Assembly: GCA_964565865.1 (NCBI GenBank)
Contig: CAZMGM010000004.1
Location: 1,050-65,049, forward strand
Direction: 5' to 3'
DNA length: 64,000 bases
From: an uncultured Acidobacteriota bacterium
Lineage (GTDB): Bacteria; Acidobacteriota; UBA6911; RPQK01; CBDAPI01
A program made the position numbers and the translations under genes. The notes under the pieces are model-generated. The model saw nothing but the letters and a program-made list of their open reading frames with translations, ran no database searches and was not told the origin of the DNA. The stretch's first letter is position 1; every line of letters starts with the position of its first letter. This document shows, one piece after another, positions 45,188-55,174 of the stretch.

Positions 45188-46774
45188 CTACTCATAAATC
45201 GAGAAATTCGTTCTGAATCGCTGGGCTAGTTGAGCTGCCTGTTCCCCGTATGCTGTCTGATCGGCCCAGGTACTCATCGGGTTCAGGATTTCAGAAGGGA
45301 CGTTGGGACAGTCTTTGGGAAAGGAAAGACCGAAAACAGGGTCGACCTGATAGTCCACGTCGTCCAGGGACCCCCGATGGATGGCGTCAACGAGGGCACG
45401 TGTAAGGGGCAGACTGATGCGTTCCCCGGTACCAAAAGATCCACCCGTCCACCCCGTATTCACTAGCCAGGTCTTCACCCCCAGAGTGCGGATACGATCG
45501 GCCAGCATTTCCGCATACCGGCGGGGATGCCAGACCAGAAACGGGGCCCCGAAACAAGCTGAGAAAGTCGCCTCGGGTTCTTGCACGCCGACTTCCGTTC
45601 CGGCGACTTTCGCGGTGTAGCCGTTTATGAAATGGTACATGGCCTGTTTCGGCGTCAGGCGGCTAACAGGGGGGAGGATGCCAAAGGCATCGCAGGTCAG
45701 AAAAATCACGTTGGTGGGATGGCCGGCAATACAGGGGATCTTGGCGTTGGCAATGAACTCGATGGGATAAGACCCGCGGGTGTTCATCGTAATCGACGTG
45801 TCTGCAAAATCCACATCGCGCGACTGTGAGCCATAAATCACATTCTCCAGGACCGCACCAAAACGGATGGCCCCGTAAATCTCCGGCTCGTACTGTGGGG
45901 ACAGGTCGATAACCTTGGCGTAACATCCGCCCTCGATGTTGAAGATCCCGTTGTGTGTCCAGCAGTGTTCGTCGTCCCCGATAAGTGCCCGGTTGGGGTC
46001 GGCAGAAAGCGTCGTTTTTCCCGTCCCGGAAAGACCGAAGAACAGAGAGACGTCGTCATTTTCTCCCTGATTTGCGGAGCAGTGCATAGAGAGCACACCC
46101 TGACGGGGCATCAGGTAATTCATCAGCGTGAAAACCCCCTTTTTCATCTCGCCGGCGTATTCGGTACCCAGGATAACGGTCTCTGCACGCTCCAGGTGCA
46201 AGGCAACGCTGGTTTCAGAACCTACTCCTTCTAGGGCCGGGTCGGCCGGAATGCTTCCCGCGTTGTAAATGACTGCATCCGGTTCTCCGAAACTCTCAAG
46301 CTGTTCGCGATCCGGCCTGATCAGCATATTGTGCATAAAGAGGGCATGGTAGGCTCGCTCGCAGATGACACGGATCTTCAACCGGTGTTGCGGATCCCAA
46401 CCAGCAAAACCGTCAATGACAAACAACCGGTCACGACTGTTCAGATACTCGATGGCCCTCTGCCGATTGGACCGAAAGGAATCTTCGGGGAGTGGGATAT
46501 TCACGCTTCCCCACCAGACGTCTCCTTCCGTGGCGGCCGTCCTGACAACCCTCTTGTCCGCGGGTGATCGGCCCGTCTTGGCACCGGAGAGTGCCACCAG
46601 CGCCCCGCTCGCAACTACCGCTGTGTCGGCTTCGTTTTGAAGGGCTTCCTCGTAGAGCACTGCGGGAGCAGGATTGCGAACGATGGTTCCTGCATTGATT
46701 CCGTGTATTTTCAAGTCGAAGTCCCCCCCTTGGTCGCTTTCTGCATGATCGTTTACTGCTTTGGAACGGATCAT
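45188..46774 (-). CDS. pckA: phosphoenolpyruvate carboxykinase (ATP)
   Basis: …FFGLSGTGKTTLS (kinase-1a) …GDDEHCW… PEPCK_ATP family throughout; start at ATG 46774 gives 528 aa (the ORF-track extension is discarded). Confidence 0.85.
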   Translation of the reverse strand: MIRSKAVNDHAESDQGGDFDLKIHGINAGTIVRNPAPAVLYEEALQNEADTAVVASGALVALSGAKTGRSPADKRVVRTAATEGDVWWGSVNIPLPEDSFRSNRQRAIEYLNSRDRLFVIDGFAGWDPQHRLKIRVICERAYHALFMHNMLIRPDREQLESFGEPDAVIYNAGSIPADPALEGVGSETSVALHLERAETVILGTEYAGEMKKGVFTLMNYLMPRQGVLSMHCSANQGENDDVSLFFGLSGTGKTTLSADPNRALIGDDEHCWTHNGIFNIEGGCYAKVIDLSPQYEPEIYGAIRFGAVLENVIYGSQSRDVDFADTSITMNTRGSYPIEFIANAKIPCIAGHPTNVIFLTCDAFGILPPVSRLTPKQAMYHFINGYTAKVAGTEVGVQEPEATFSACFGAPFLVWHPRRYAEMLADRIRTLGVKTWLVNTGWTGGSFGTGERISLPLTRALVDAIHRGSLDDVDYQVDPVFGLSFPKDCPNVPSEILNPMSTWADQTAYGEQAAQLAQRFRTNFSIYE

Positions 46775-46944
46775 TCTAGAGAAAGAGCCTCGGAAGTTCC
46801 ATCTCATTTCGAAAGTTGAACTTTCAACCTTTGACTTCTGACCCTCAACCAGGAGGGCAAGGGTTGCCCGGAGCCAGTACCAAACATAGAATCCCGGGGC
46901 GGGGAGACATAGAATCAGCACGGAGGTATGGAGGAATCTCGGGC

Positions 46945-48063
46945 GTGAAAATCGGTATTACATGCCACCCCACGTATGGCGGAAGCGGCGTTGTCGCAAC
47001 CGAGCTAGGTATGGAGCTGGCCGTTCGCGGGCACGAGGTCCACTTTGTCACCTATGCCAACCCGATCCGTCTGCAGGCCGAGATGCCCGGAATTCACTAT
47101 CATGAAGTTAAGGTAACCAGTTATCCGCTGTTTCAACACCAGCCCTATACCTTGGCACTAGCCTCCAGAATGTCAGAAGTAGCCACGCGTCACAAACTCG
47201 ACCTACTGCATGTACACTATGCGATCCCTCATTCCGTTTCCGCATTTCTAGCCAAGAGAATCCTCGGGACTTCCGTTAGGCTTCCCGTGGTGACGACCCT
47301 CCACGGCACCGATATCACCCTGGTAGGAATCGAGCGGGCCTATTTCCCTATTACGCGCTACGCCATCGAGAACTCTGACGGGATTACGGCGATCAGCCAG
47401 TATCTGGCCCAGAGCACAAAAGAAGTATTCAAAATCCGCCGCCCCATTCGGGTCATTCCCAACTTCGTGAACTGTGATCTCTATAAGCCGGAACCCGGAG
47501 AAAAGGCCGGGCAAGACGACCAAAAGATTCTCATCCACATCTCCAACTTTCGAAGCGTGAAACGAGTAAACGACTGCCTACATATACTGGACGAGGTTCG
47601 ACGCAAGGTGCCCGCCCGCCTGCTAATGGTCGGGGACGGTCCAGAGCGAAGCTCCGCAGGGCATCTGGCCAAAACACTCGGGATTTCGCATGCCGTTGAT
47701 TTTCTGGGAAAACAGCTCGGCATCGATCAGCTGCTTCCCGGGGCTCACGTGCTTCTTCTGCCCAGCGAACTGGAGGGCTTTGGTTTGGTTGCCCTGGAAG
47801 CAATGGCCTGCGGCGTGCCAGTGGTGGCGACAAGGACCGGCGGCGTGCCGGAGCTCATAACGGACGGACAGGACGGCTTCTTGGAACCGGTAGGAGACAT
47901 TCGCAGACAGGCGGGACGTGCCATCCAACTTCTTCGGGATCCCGACTTGCACCGGAAAATTTCGGACGCCGCACGGCGCACGGCGAAAGAGCGATTCGAT
48001 ATCCGCAGGATCATTCCCCTGTATGAACAGTATTATGAGGAGGTCAAGGACTCTGGTTCATGA
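46945..48063 (+). CDS. bshA: GT4 glycosyltransferase, BshA-like (N-acetyl-alpha-D-glucosaminyl L-malate synthase-like)
   Basis: GTG start 8 nt after GGAGGA; N-terminus VKIGITCHPTYGGSGVVATELG…GHEVHFVT is very similar to the BshA N-terminus; C-terminal GT1/GT4 E-x7-E region. Confidence 0.65.
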   Translation: MKIGITCHPTYGGSGVVATELGMELAVRGHEVHFVTYANPIRLQAEMPGIHYHEVKVTSYPLFQHQPYTLALASRMSEVATRHKLDLLHVHYAIPHSVSAFLAKRILGTSVRLPVVTTLHGTDITLVGIERAYFPITRYAIENSDGITAISQYLAQSTKEVFKIRRPIRVIPNFVNCDLYKPEPGEKAGQDDQKILIHISNFRSVKRVNDCLHILDEVRRKVPARLLMVGDGPERSSAGHLAKTLGISHAVDFLGKQLGIDQLLPGAHVLLLPSELEGFGLVALEAMACGVPVVATRTGGVPELITDGQDGFLEPVGDIRRQAGRAIQLLRDPDLHRKISDAARRTAKERFDIRRIIPLYEQYYEEVKDSGS

Positions 48064-48099
48064 ATACGATAGGACCCGTCCGCACACCTCGCTACAGCC

Positions 48100-49371
48100 G
48101 TGAAAGGAAGCACCAGAGTGAATTCTGGCAAACTGACCGTCCGTCCTGAAGAATCTGTCTACCAAAGTTGCTACACGCCGGTTTCGCTGGGCGATATGCT
48201 GGCGGACGGGATGGCCCGCGGAAAGATTAGACGGATCCCTGTAGCCCAGCTCTTCTTCGGCATTTCCGAATTGAGTGAACCCGAGCTCGCCGCCCTGATG
48301 CCCCAGATTACCGAGGAACAGTGGAGCGGTATTCTGGATCTGAGCATTTGGAGGCGGGACCGAACCAGCAGTATTGAGTTTCTGTCCCGATCCCGTCATC
48401 TACTGGTTGCTGATGAGCCGGTTGCCAGGAAGCTGCTGCGGGGATCCGACCCGGAACTCTGGCAGCTGGCCTTCAACCGGCTTCTCGAGGTCATTCCACG
48501 ACACGAGCAAGGAGCTGGGCCGGATCTACCCGAAGGCGACTGGATCACAACTCCCGACGACGGGTTTTGGATCAGGCTACCAGATGATCCAGAGGCCTCG
48601 CGGTTGATCCGCCCGCTCCTGCTCAAGCTTTATGAGCTCGATCCTGACCAGGCTACCCAGCTCATTCTCCTGTCCAAGGCCAGAACTGCTTCCGAGCTGG
48701 AGGAAACTGCTTACCAGAAGCGTCAGCGTCGCATGGAAGATCTTGGCTTTCAGGACTACTTCGACTCCATCTCCGTTTTCAGCCCTCTCACCTTGGAAGA
48801 CAGCTTTCCCAATAAAGCGTGGCTGCGGTCCCCTGAGAGTGTCGCAATCGCCCCCCTGAACAAGACCCTGGCAGGACTTTTCTTCTTCAAGACGCTCGCG
48901 AGGCTGGATGAACGGAGCCGGCAGGAAGAGATCCTTGAAGAGCTGTTCTACGTCTCCAACAAAGTGCTCTCGGCCGATCTCGTGTCGCCGGATCTTCCAT
49001 CTCGAGTAAAGACCGGAATCCGGAAAACGATTCTGGGCATCAACATCGGACTCGAACTCGCGGCGGGAAGAGATGTCCACCAGGCTGCCAGGTTGTTGGA
49101 AACCAGATATCTACAATCGTTTTTCCAGCTCTCCTATGGACTCTTGCTGGAGTTGCAGGTCCTGGCCCGGCAACTTCAGCAAGACGTCGGCTCGTCCCTC
49201 GATTCTTACCCGGATCAGCTCGTCAGAGGTCTGCTGCGCCGCTACCCCCTGCTGGCCGTTCGTACTCCCACCCGTATCAAAAAAAGGTTTTTTCAAACGC
49301 TGACCGACACGGAACGGTGCCGAGGGATTCTGGGACATTTAAGGTCGGCGGTTGGGGAAAAGCGTGGATGA
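48100..49371 (+). CDS. hypothetical protein (423 aa)
   Basis: Long ORF 37 nt downstream of the bshA-like gene; no recognisable domain; start uncertain. Confidence 0.5.
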   Translation: MKGSTRVNSGKLTVRPEESVYQSCYTPVSLGDMLADGMARGKIRRIPVAQLFFGISELSEPELAALMPQITEEQWSGILDLSIWRRDRTSSIEFLSRSRHLLVADEPVARKLLRGSDPELWQLAFNRLLEVIPRHEQGAGPDLPEGDWITTPDDGFWIRLPDDPEASRLIRPLLLKLYELDPDQATQLILLSKARTASELEETAYQKRQRRMEDLGFQDYFDSISVFSPLTLEDSFPNKAWLRSPESVAIAPLNKTLAGLFFFKTLARLDERSRQEEILEELFYVSNKVLSADLVSPDLPSRVKTGIRKTILGINIGLELAAGRDVHQAARLLETRYLQSFFQLSYGLLLELQVLARQLQQDVGSSLDSYPDQLVRGLLRRYPLLAVRTPTRIKKRFFQTLTDTERCRGILGHLRSAVGEKRG

Positions 49372-49440
49372 GCTACTTTCTCATCTGACCGATCGGATCG
49401 AATACAGCCTTGAATGGACCGCCGTATCGCTAGCGGGCCG

Positions 49441-50055
49441 CTAGAGAATAAGGTAGAGGAGTAGAAGCAGGACCAGGATCCCGCCACCAATCCAGACGGA
49501 TGTTGGCACCAGCTCCGTGGCCACCTCCTTTGTCACCCTGGCAGCAAACTCGGTCTGCGAGGGGGCTGCCTGCCCTGGGACTACCGGGGACTTAGCGCTG
49601 CTGGTCGGAGTAGTATGCCGGGCCTTTAAAGTGGCATTTAAGCCTTCCAGGCTCTGCCTGATGATGGCCCTGGCCGAGCTCTCCATGAGACGCTGACCAA
49701 CGCTGGCGATCCGGCCACCGACCACGGCATTCCCATCGTAGGTGATCTGCGTCTTTTCTTCCGCCGAGGCGATAACAATGCGAGCGGTCGCCCTTACGAA
49801 TCCCTGGGGTCCCTGGCCATCCACTTTTATCGTGTAGCTGTTGGGTGGATCGATGTCCTCGAGCTGGATCCGGCCACGAAACTGACCCTGGACAGGGCCA
49901 ACCTTAATGTTGAGGGTGCTCTCGTACTGGTTCTCGCCCACCAGCTCGAGCTTTTCCGCACCCGGCATGGTTGCCGCCATCACCTCCGGATTCATCAACC
50001 CGTCCCAGACCTCGTCCGAGGGAACATCGAATGTGGATTCACCGGTAATCTGCAT
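49441..50055 (-). CDS. coxG: CoxG-family (SRPBCC, carbon monoxide dehydrogenase subunit G-like) protein with C-terminal membrane anchor
   Basis: MQITGESTFDVPSDEVWDGLMNPEVMAATMPGAEKLE…KVGPVQGQFRGRIQLEDIDPP… matches CoxG; C-terminal hydrophobic WIGGGILVLLLLLYLIL. Confidence 0.75.
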   Translation of the reverse strand: MQITGESTFDVPSDEVWDGLMNPEVMAATMPGAEKLELVGENQYESTLNIKVGPVQGQFRGRIQLEDIDPPNSYTIKVDGQGPQGFVRATARIVIASAEEKTQITYDGNAVVGGRIASVGQRLMESSARAIIRQSLEGLNATLKARHTTPTSSAKSPVVPGQAAPSQTEFAARVTKEVATELVPTSVWIGGGILVLLLLLYLIL

Positions 50056-50399
50056 CGATCAGAGAAGTTCGCGTAACAACTCAAAAGAGGTCGGATCAGT
50101 GCACCGGGCCGGCCCAGGAGGGATCAGGTGCAAGGTCAAACAATATCGCTTCTGAATCCTACCATAAAATTCGCCTGCGAACTCGCTCTCCGAGGTGCGC
50201 TCCTAGCACCTGTGGAAAGGGAAGGTGCGAAGTGGAAAATAGCTTGAGCTCTTTATTTTCAACTTTGAACTTGTGACCGGGGATGTACGATCCGATCGCC
50301 GCGGAGAACCGGCTCCCATACCTTCAACCCAACCTCCCGTCATCCGGTACAGTCCCTGTTGGGTCCGAGGCCCTGCTGCGAAAACGGTATACTTGATCC

Positions 50400-51089
50400 G
50401 TGAGTTCCATTGCCACTAGGCTGCAGAGACTCAATTGCCAGGTATGCGAGGCTGTGCGAGAGAGTGGAAGAGACTCCGGGGCGGTCCAGATCCTGGCGGT
50501 TTCCAAGACCTTCCCGCCACAGGCGGTGGAGGAGGCCTACGGCGCTGGTCAGACCGCCTTCGGCGAGAACCGGGTCCAGGAAGCTGCCTCGAAGATTCCC
50601 TTGTGTCCAGGGAAGATCGAGTGGCACCTGATCGGACCGCTCCAGTCCAACAAAGCGCGTAAAGCCGTGGAACTGTTCGATGTGATCCAGACGCTGGACC
50701 GCCCCAGGATCATTCACAAGACGGGTCGAGCCGCGGCAGATCTGGGTAAAAAACTAAGAGTTTATCTTGAAATCAACCTGGCTGGAGAAGTCCAGAAGCA
50801 CGGCGCCCGCCCCGACGACTTTCCCTATCTACTGGATGCTGTGGAGCGATATCCGAGCCTCCAGCTGCAGGGTCTCATGTGTATTCCACCCTACAGCCCC
50901 GATTCCGAAATGAGCCGACCTTTCTTCCGCCAACTTCGACGTCTCCTCGAACCGATCAACCAGTCGCATTCAGCGCCGCTGCGGCAGCTATCCATGGGAA
51001 TGAGCCAAGATTACGAGGTAGCCATCCAGGAGGGTGCCACCCTAATCCGGGTTGGAACGGCTATCTTCGGGCCGCGCGGGACTCGATAA
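50400..51089 (+). CDS. yggS: YggS-family pyridoxal-phosphate homeostasis protein
   Basis: …ILAVSKTFP…FGENRVQE…WHLIGPLQSNKARK…LQGLMCIPP…SMGMSQDYEVAI…. Confidence 0.85.
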   Translation: MSSIATRLQRLNCQVCEAVRESGRDSGAVQILAVSKTFPPQAVEEAYGAGQTAFGENRVQEAASKIPLCPGKIEWHLIGPLQSNKARKAVELFDVIQTLDRPRIIHKTGRAAADLGKKLRVYLEINLAGEVQKHGARPDDFPYLLDAVERYPSLQLQGLMCIPPYSPDSEMSRPFFRQLRRLLEPINQSHSAPLRQLSMGMSQDYEVAIQEGATLIRVGTAIFGPRGTR

Positions 51090-51364
51090 TCACGATTTTG
51101 AAACAGGGAGAATAACCGAGCGTCTGGGTCTGCGTACAGCCCAGAAGCAGCAAGTTAGGCATCACCGGATGCGGGCAACAGGTCCTCAGCGTACATTTGC
51201 CGGCTCATCCTCTAGGAGACCTTGTAAATCGACAATTGGTTGAATTACTGGCGAGATTCCTGGACGTTTCCAACGCCTCCATCAAACTCCTGGCCGGAGG
51301 CCGAAGCTGGCTCAACAGTGTCCAGGTTCTGAGTCTCTCTACAAAAAACCTGAAAAGCCCAATT

Positions 51365-51412
51365 ACACTATATCTGGTGTAGTCTCGACACCAATAACAC
51401 CATATAATGGGT
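51365..51412 (+). promoter_or_regulatory. two tandem NrdR-box-like operators upstream of nrdJ
   Basis: ACACTATATCTGGTGT (51365-51380) and ACACCATATAATGGGT (51397-51412) fit acaCwAtATaTwGtgt; the box starts are 32 bp apart; about 130 bp upstream of the nrdJ start. Confidence 0.5.
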
Positions 51413-51543
51413 AGTGAGGCGTCCATCAAATTCCTCCGCTTAATGTCAGATCCGATGTCTAGACTAGCCGAACTTTCGACGCTTTCGAGCCACTCTAACG
51501 AGGAAGAAATCGAGGTTGTATCCAAAATCAGACAGGAGAGGGA

Positions 51544-54267
51544 ATGAAGAAACTGGCCAAGGTCACCCCCAAGAACGGGCTGAAGTGTGAGCGTTACTTT
51601 ACCCGCGATGAGGCCCATCCGTTTAAGCAGGTGAAATGGGAGAATCGTGTCGCCCAAATCAAAGACTGGAAGACCGGCAAAGTGGCCTTCCAGCAGGAGG
51701 ACCTCGAGTTTCCTGATTTCTGGTCTCAAAGGGCGACCGATATCGTGGCCAGCAAGTATTTTCGAGGACACCTGGGCAAACCCGGGCGGGAAAGAAGCCT
51801 CAAAGAGCTAGTGGGCCGAATTGCAGATACGATCAGCGGGTGGGGCGAAAAGATGGATTACTTCGCCAGCCAGGATGATGTTCTTTCCTTCAATCACGAA
51901 TTGACCCACATCCTTCTGCACCAGATGGCTGCGTTTAACTCTCCGGTGCAGTTCAACGTGGGTATCAAACCGCACCCCCAGTGTTCGGCCTGTTTTATCA
52001 ACAGCGTGGACGACTCCATGGAATCGATCATGAAGTTGGCCAGGACGGAAGCCAACATTTTCAAGGGAGGATCCGGATCCGGGATCAACCTTTCCCGGAT
52101 CCGCTCTTCCCGGGAGCCACTGAGCGTCGGAGGTTTTGCTTCCGGTCCGGTTTCCTTCATGCGAGGTTATGACAGCTTTGCAGGGGCTATCAAGTCGGGT
52201 GGTGCCACCCGCAGAGCTGCGAAAATGGCGATCCTGAACGCCGATCATCCCGACGTTAAGGAGTTCATCTGGTGCAAGGCTCGAGAAGAACAAAAAGCCC
52301 AGAAGTTGATCGAACTAGGATACGACGACTCCATCGACGGAGAAGCGTACTCAAGCATCCAGTTTCAGAATGCCAACAACAGCGTCAGTGTCACCAGTGA
52401 ATTCATGGAGGCGGTTTCCAAGGAGGAGAAATGGAACACCCGCGAGGTTACGAGTGGAGAGATCGATGAGACTTTCACCGCCAGTGAAATGATGGACTGG
52501 ATCGCCGAGGCGACATGGATCTGTGGAGATCCGGGCCTCCAGTATTATTCCACGATCAACGACTGGCACACCTGTCCGAACACAGATGTGATTCGCGGCT
52601 GCAACCCCTGTTCGGAGTACGTATTCTTGGACAACTCCTCCTGTAATCTTTCCTCCATCAACCTTATGAAGTTTACCGGGAAAGATGGAGTCTTTGACAT
52701 TCAAAGCTTCAAGCATACGGTGCGGACCATGATTACGGCACAGGAGATCATTGTTGACAACGCGAGTTATCCGACTCGTGAGATCAAGAAGATCAGCCAC
52801 GAGTATCGAACTCTGGGGCTGGGATATGCCAACCTCGGGGCCTATCTGATGTCGCGAGGCCTGCCCTATGACAGTGACGGCGCCCGCAATCTGGCGGCTG
52901 TCATCACCGCCGTCATGACAGGCGAAGCCTATGTGACGAGCGCGGAGATTGCCGAGAAGAAGGAGCCATTTCGAGGCTTCGAAAAGAACCGGGTGCCCAT
53001 GATGCGGGTCATGCACAAGCATCGGGACGCCTTGGCGACCATCGACAGTGCTCTTGTCCCCATGGATCTGCTCCATACAGCCATGGAATGCTGGGACGAC
53101 GCGATTGTGAAAGGATCCCAGTCAGGCTACCGGAATGCTCAGGTTACCCTTCTGGCGCCCACCGGAACCATCGCGTTCATGATGGACTGCGACACGACCG
53201 GCATCGAACCCGATTTCTCACTCGTCAAAGTAAAGAAGCTAGTGGGAGGGGGCACTCTCAAGATCGTCAACAACACGATTCCCCTCGCTCTTCGCAAGTT
53301 GGGATACAGCGATGAGGAGATCACGAACATCTGTGGACATGTGGAACAGCAGGAGACGATTGAAGGCGCTCCAGAACTGAACGACCAGCATCTTCCGATC
53401 TTCGACTGTGCCGACCGTTCCGCCAACGGGGAAAGGAGTATTCACCGCCTGGGTCACATCAAGATGTGCGGAGCCGTTCAGCCGTTTCTCTCTGGAGCCA
53501 TATCGAAAACGGTCAATCTACCCCATGAGGCAACTGTCTCCGAAATACGGGAGGCCTACATCCAGGGTTGGAAGCATGGAATGAAGTCCATCTCGGTATA
53601 CCGGGACGGTTGCAAAATGGTTCAACCTCTCTCCAACAAGGATCGCGACAAGGCTGGAACTGGAGCCTCGGTGGGACCGATCCATCGCAATATGCCGAAG
53701 GATCACCCGGCCTATCAGCACGAGTTCAGGATCAAGGGTTTTAAGGGTTTCCTGACCATGGGTTTGTATCCCGAGGATGGTGAACTAGGTGAGATTTTTG
53801 TCAATTTCGCAAAACAGGGTTCCACCCTGCAGGGCATGGCTATGGCCTGGGCGATTGCCATTTCTATGGGGCTTCAAAGAGGGGTCCCGCTGGAAGACTA
53901 TGTACGAATGTTTGCCCACATGAGCTTCGAACCCGCGGGTTTCACCGACAATTCGCAGATACCGTTCGCAACCTCCATACCCGATTACGCCGTGCGCTAT
54001 CTTGCCAGCAAGTTCATGCCGGTCGAGGCCCAGCAGGCTCTCGGCATTCACGCGATGAAGCCGAATGGCTCTATCCAGGACGGCGTGCAGATCAATTTCT
54101 CGGAGGCGAACGGCAAGGCTTTGCAGGCTGTCGCCGGAACGGTCGAGAAGCGGATGGTTAATTCCGAATCCGAAGCGGCAACCTGCCACTCCTGTGGCAA
54201 CCTGATGCAACGCAACGGCAACTGCCATGTCTGCACCGTCTGTGGTGCCACGTCCGGGTGTTCCTAG
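51544..54267 (+). CDS. nrdJ: class II (adenosylcobalamin-dependent) ribonucleotide reductase
   Basis: RNR_II fold with active site …GCNPCSEYVFLDNSSCNLSSINL…; C-terminal zinc ribbon CHSCGN…CHVCTVCG. Confidence 0.9.
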   Translation: MKKLAKVTPKNGLKCERYFTRDEAHPFKQVKWENRVAQIKDWKTGKVAFQQEDLEFPDFWSQRATDIVASKYFRGHLGKPGRERSLKELVGRIADTISGWGEKMDYFASQDDVLSFNHELTHILLHQMAAFNSPVQFNVGIKPHPQCSACFINSVDDSMESIMKLARTEANIFKGGSGSGINLSRIRSSREPLSVGGFASGPVSFMRGYDSFAGAIKSGGATRRAAKMAILNADHPDVKEFIWCKAREEQKAQKLIELGYDDSIDGEAYSSIQFQNANNSVSVTSEFMEAVSKEEKWNTREVTSGEIDETFTASEMMDWIAEATWICGDPGLQYYSTINDWHTCPNTDVIRGCNPCSEYVFLDNSSCNLSSINLMKFTGKDGVFDIQSFKHTVRTMITAQEIIVDNASYPTREIKKISHEYRTLGLGYANLGAYLMSRGLPYDSDGARNLAAVITAVMTGEAYVTSAEIAEKKEPFRGFEKNRVPMMRVMHKHRDALATIDSALVPMDLLHTAMECWDDAIVKGSQSGYRNAQVTLLAPTGTIAFMMDCDTTGIEPDFSLVKVKKLVGGGTLKIVNNTIPLALRKLGYSDEEITNICGHVEQQETIEGAPELNDQHLPIFDCADRSANGERSIHRLGHIKMCGAVQPFLSGAISKTVNLPHEATVSEIREAYIQGWKHGMKSISVYRDGCKMVQPLSNKDRDKAGTGASVGPIHRNMPKDHPAYQHEFRIKGFKGFLTMGLYPEDGELGEIFVNFAKQGSTLQGMAMAWAIAISMGLQRGVPLEDYVRMFAHMSFEPAGFTDNSQIPFATSIPDYAVRYLASKFMPVEAQQALGIHAMKPNGSIQDGVQINFSEANGKALQAVAGTVEKRMVNSESEAATCHSCGNLMQRNGNCHVCTVCGATSGCS

Positions 54268-54307
54268 TAGTCCGTGGTAAAAGTAGGGTTACTGCACCTT
54301 GGGCCCT

Positions 54308-55138
54308 CTACCAGAGCTGAAAATCCTTGGAAAGCCCTACAATGATTCCGGAGTCTGGGTCCGTGTCTTCGAGACCCCAGAAGCCTGCTAGGTCCCATAC
54401 AACCCCGCCTGCCTCGAACTGAATCCCGACTCGCAGCCCGGCCTGGTCCTCCGTGCCGATCCCAGACGGCCCTGTCCGGGCATTGATCTCCGCTAGAATG
54501 CTCAGTCCCGGAGTCGTTTCTACGATAGCGGCAAATCCGTAGGTGAAGAGATCATCCTGCGCACCAGCGTCCACGGGATCGCCTAAAATCACAACGCCGG
54601 CACTGCCAATCAGATCAAGGCGGCCGAGCCGCTTCTCGAGCAGCAGCTCGAAAAAAGAATTCGTCTCGTCCGTACCCAGCCCCTTCTCGTTGGAAGAGTT
54701 TGGCAACTCGACTCCAAACCGGAAGCCGACCACCGGTTTCTCCTGCACACCCTCGGTAAGTCGCACCTTGGTGGCTAGAGCAACGTTTCCAAAGTCACTG
54801 GTCGAGTTTCCGGAAAAGTCAAGATTTCCGGATCCGGGAGCTTCGAAACGTTCGTTGATATTCAGAAACTTCTGTGCGGCCCAGAACATTTGGACCTCTA
54901 CCCGGCTTCCGACGCCAAAGCGGGCACCGAGCACACCGGCCCTGGTCAGATCGCCCTTCAGACCCGAGAAAGGGAAACTTGCACCCTGCAGGGCTTCAAA
55001 TCCAATGTCGAAGAGAAAGTGTCCCTCCTCCACGGTTCTGGCCCGTTCCGTAACCAGAGGACGCTGCTGTCCGCTGCAAGGAAGAGCGCAGAAAAGGCAT
55101 GTGAGAAGGAACAGAGCTGCCGGCCGAGTCCACAGCAT
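54308..55138 (-). CDS. outer-membrane beta-barrel protein (hypothetical)
   Basis: Signal peptide MLWTRPAALFLLTCLFCALPCSGQ; alternating amphipathic strands; C-terminus …SKDFQLW (aromatic terminal residue typical of OMPs). Confidence 0.6.
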   Translation of the reverse strand: MLWTRPAALFLLTCLFCALPCSGQQRPLVTERARTVEEGHFLFDIGFEALQGASFPFSGLKGDLTRAGVLGARFGVGSRVEVQMFWAAQKFLNINERFEAPGSGNLDFSGNSTSDFGNVALATKVRLTEGVQEKPVVGFRFGVELPNSSNEKGLGTDETNSFFELLLEKRLGRLDLIGSAGVVILGDPVDAGAQDDLFTYGFAAIVETTPGLSILAEINARTGPSGIGTEDQAGLRVGIQFEAGGVVWDLAGFWGLEDTDPDSGIIVGLSKDFQLW

Positions 55139-55174
55139 CCGGCGAGTGTAGTGAATGGTCCCTGGTGAGTCAAT

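Noticed and set aside
51205-51771. 188-aa minus-strand ORF
   Set aside because: It overlaps the NrdR boxes and the 5' end of nrdJ, has no homology, and is most likely a chance open frame.
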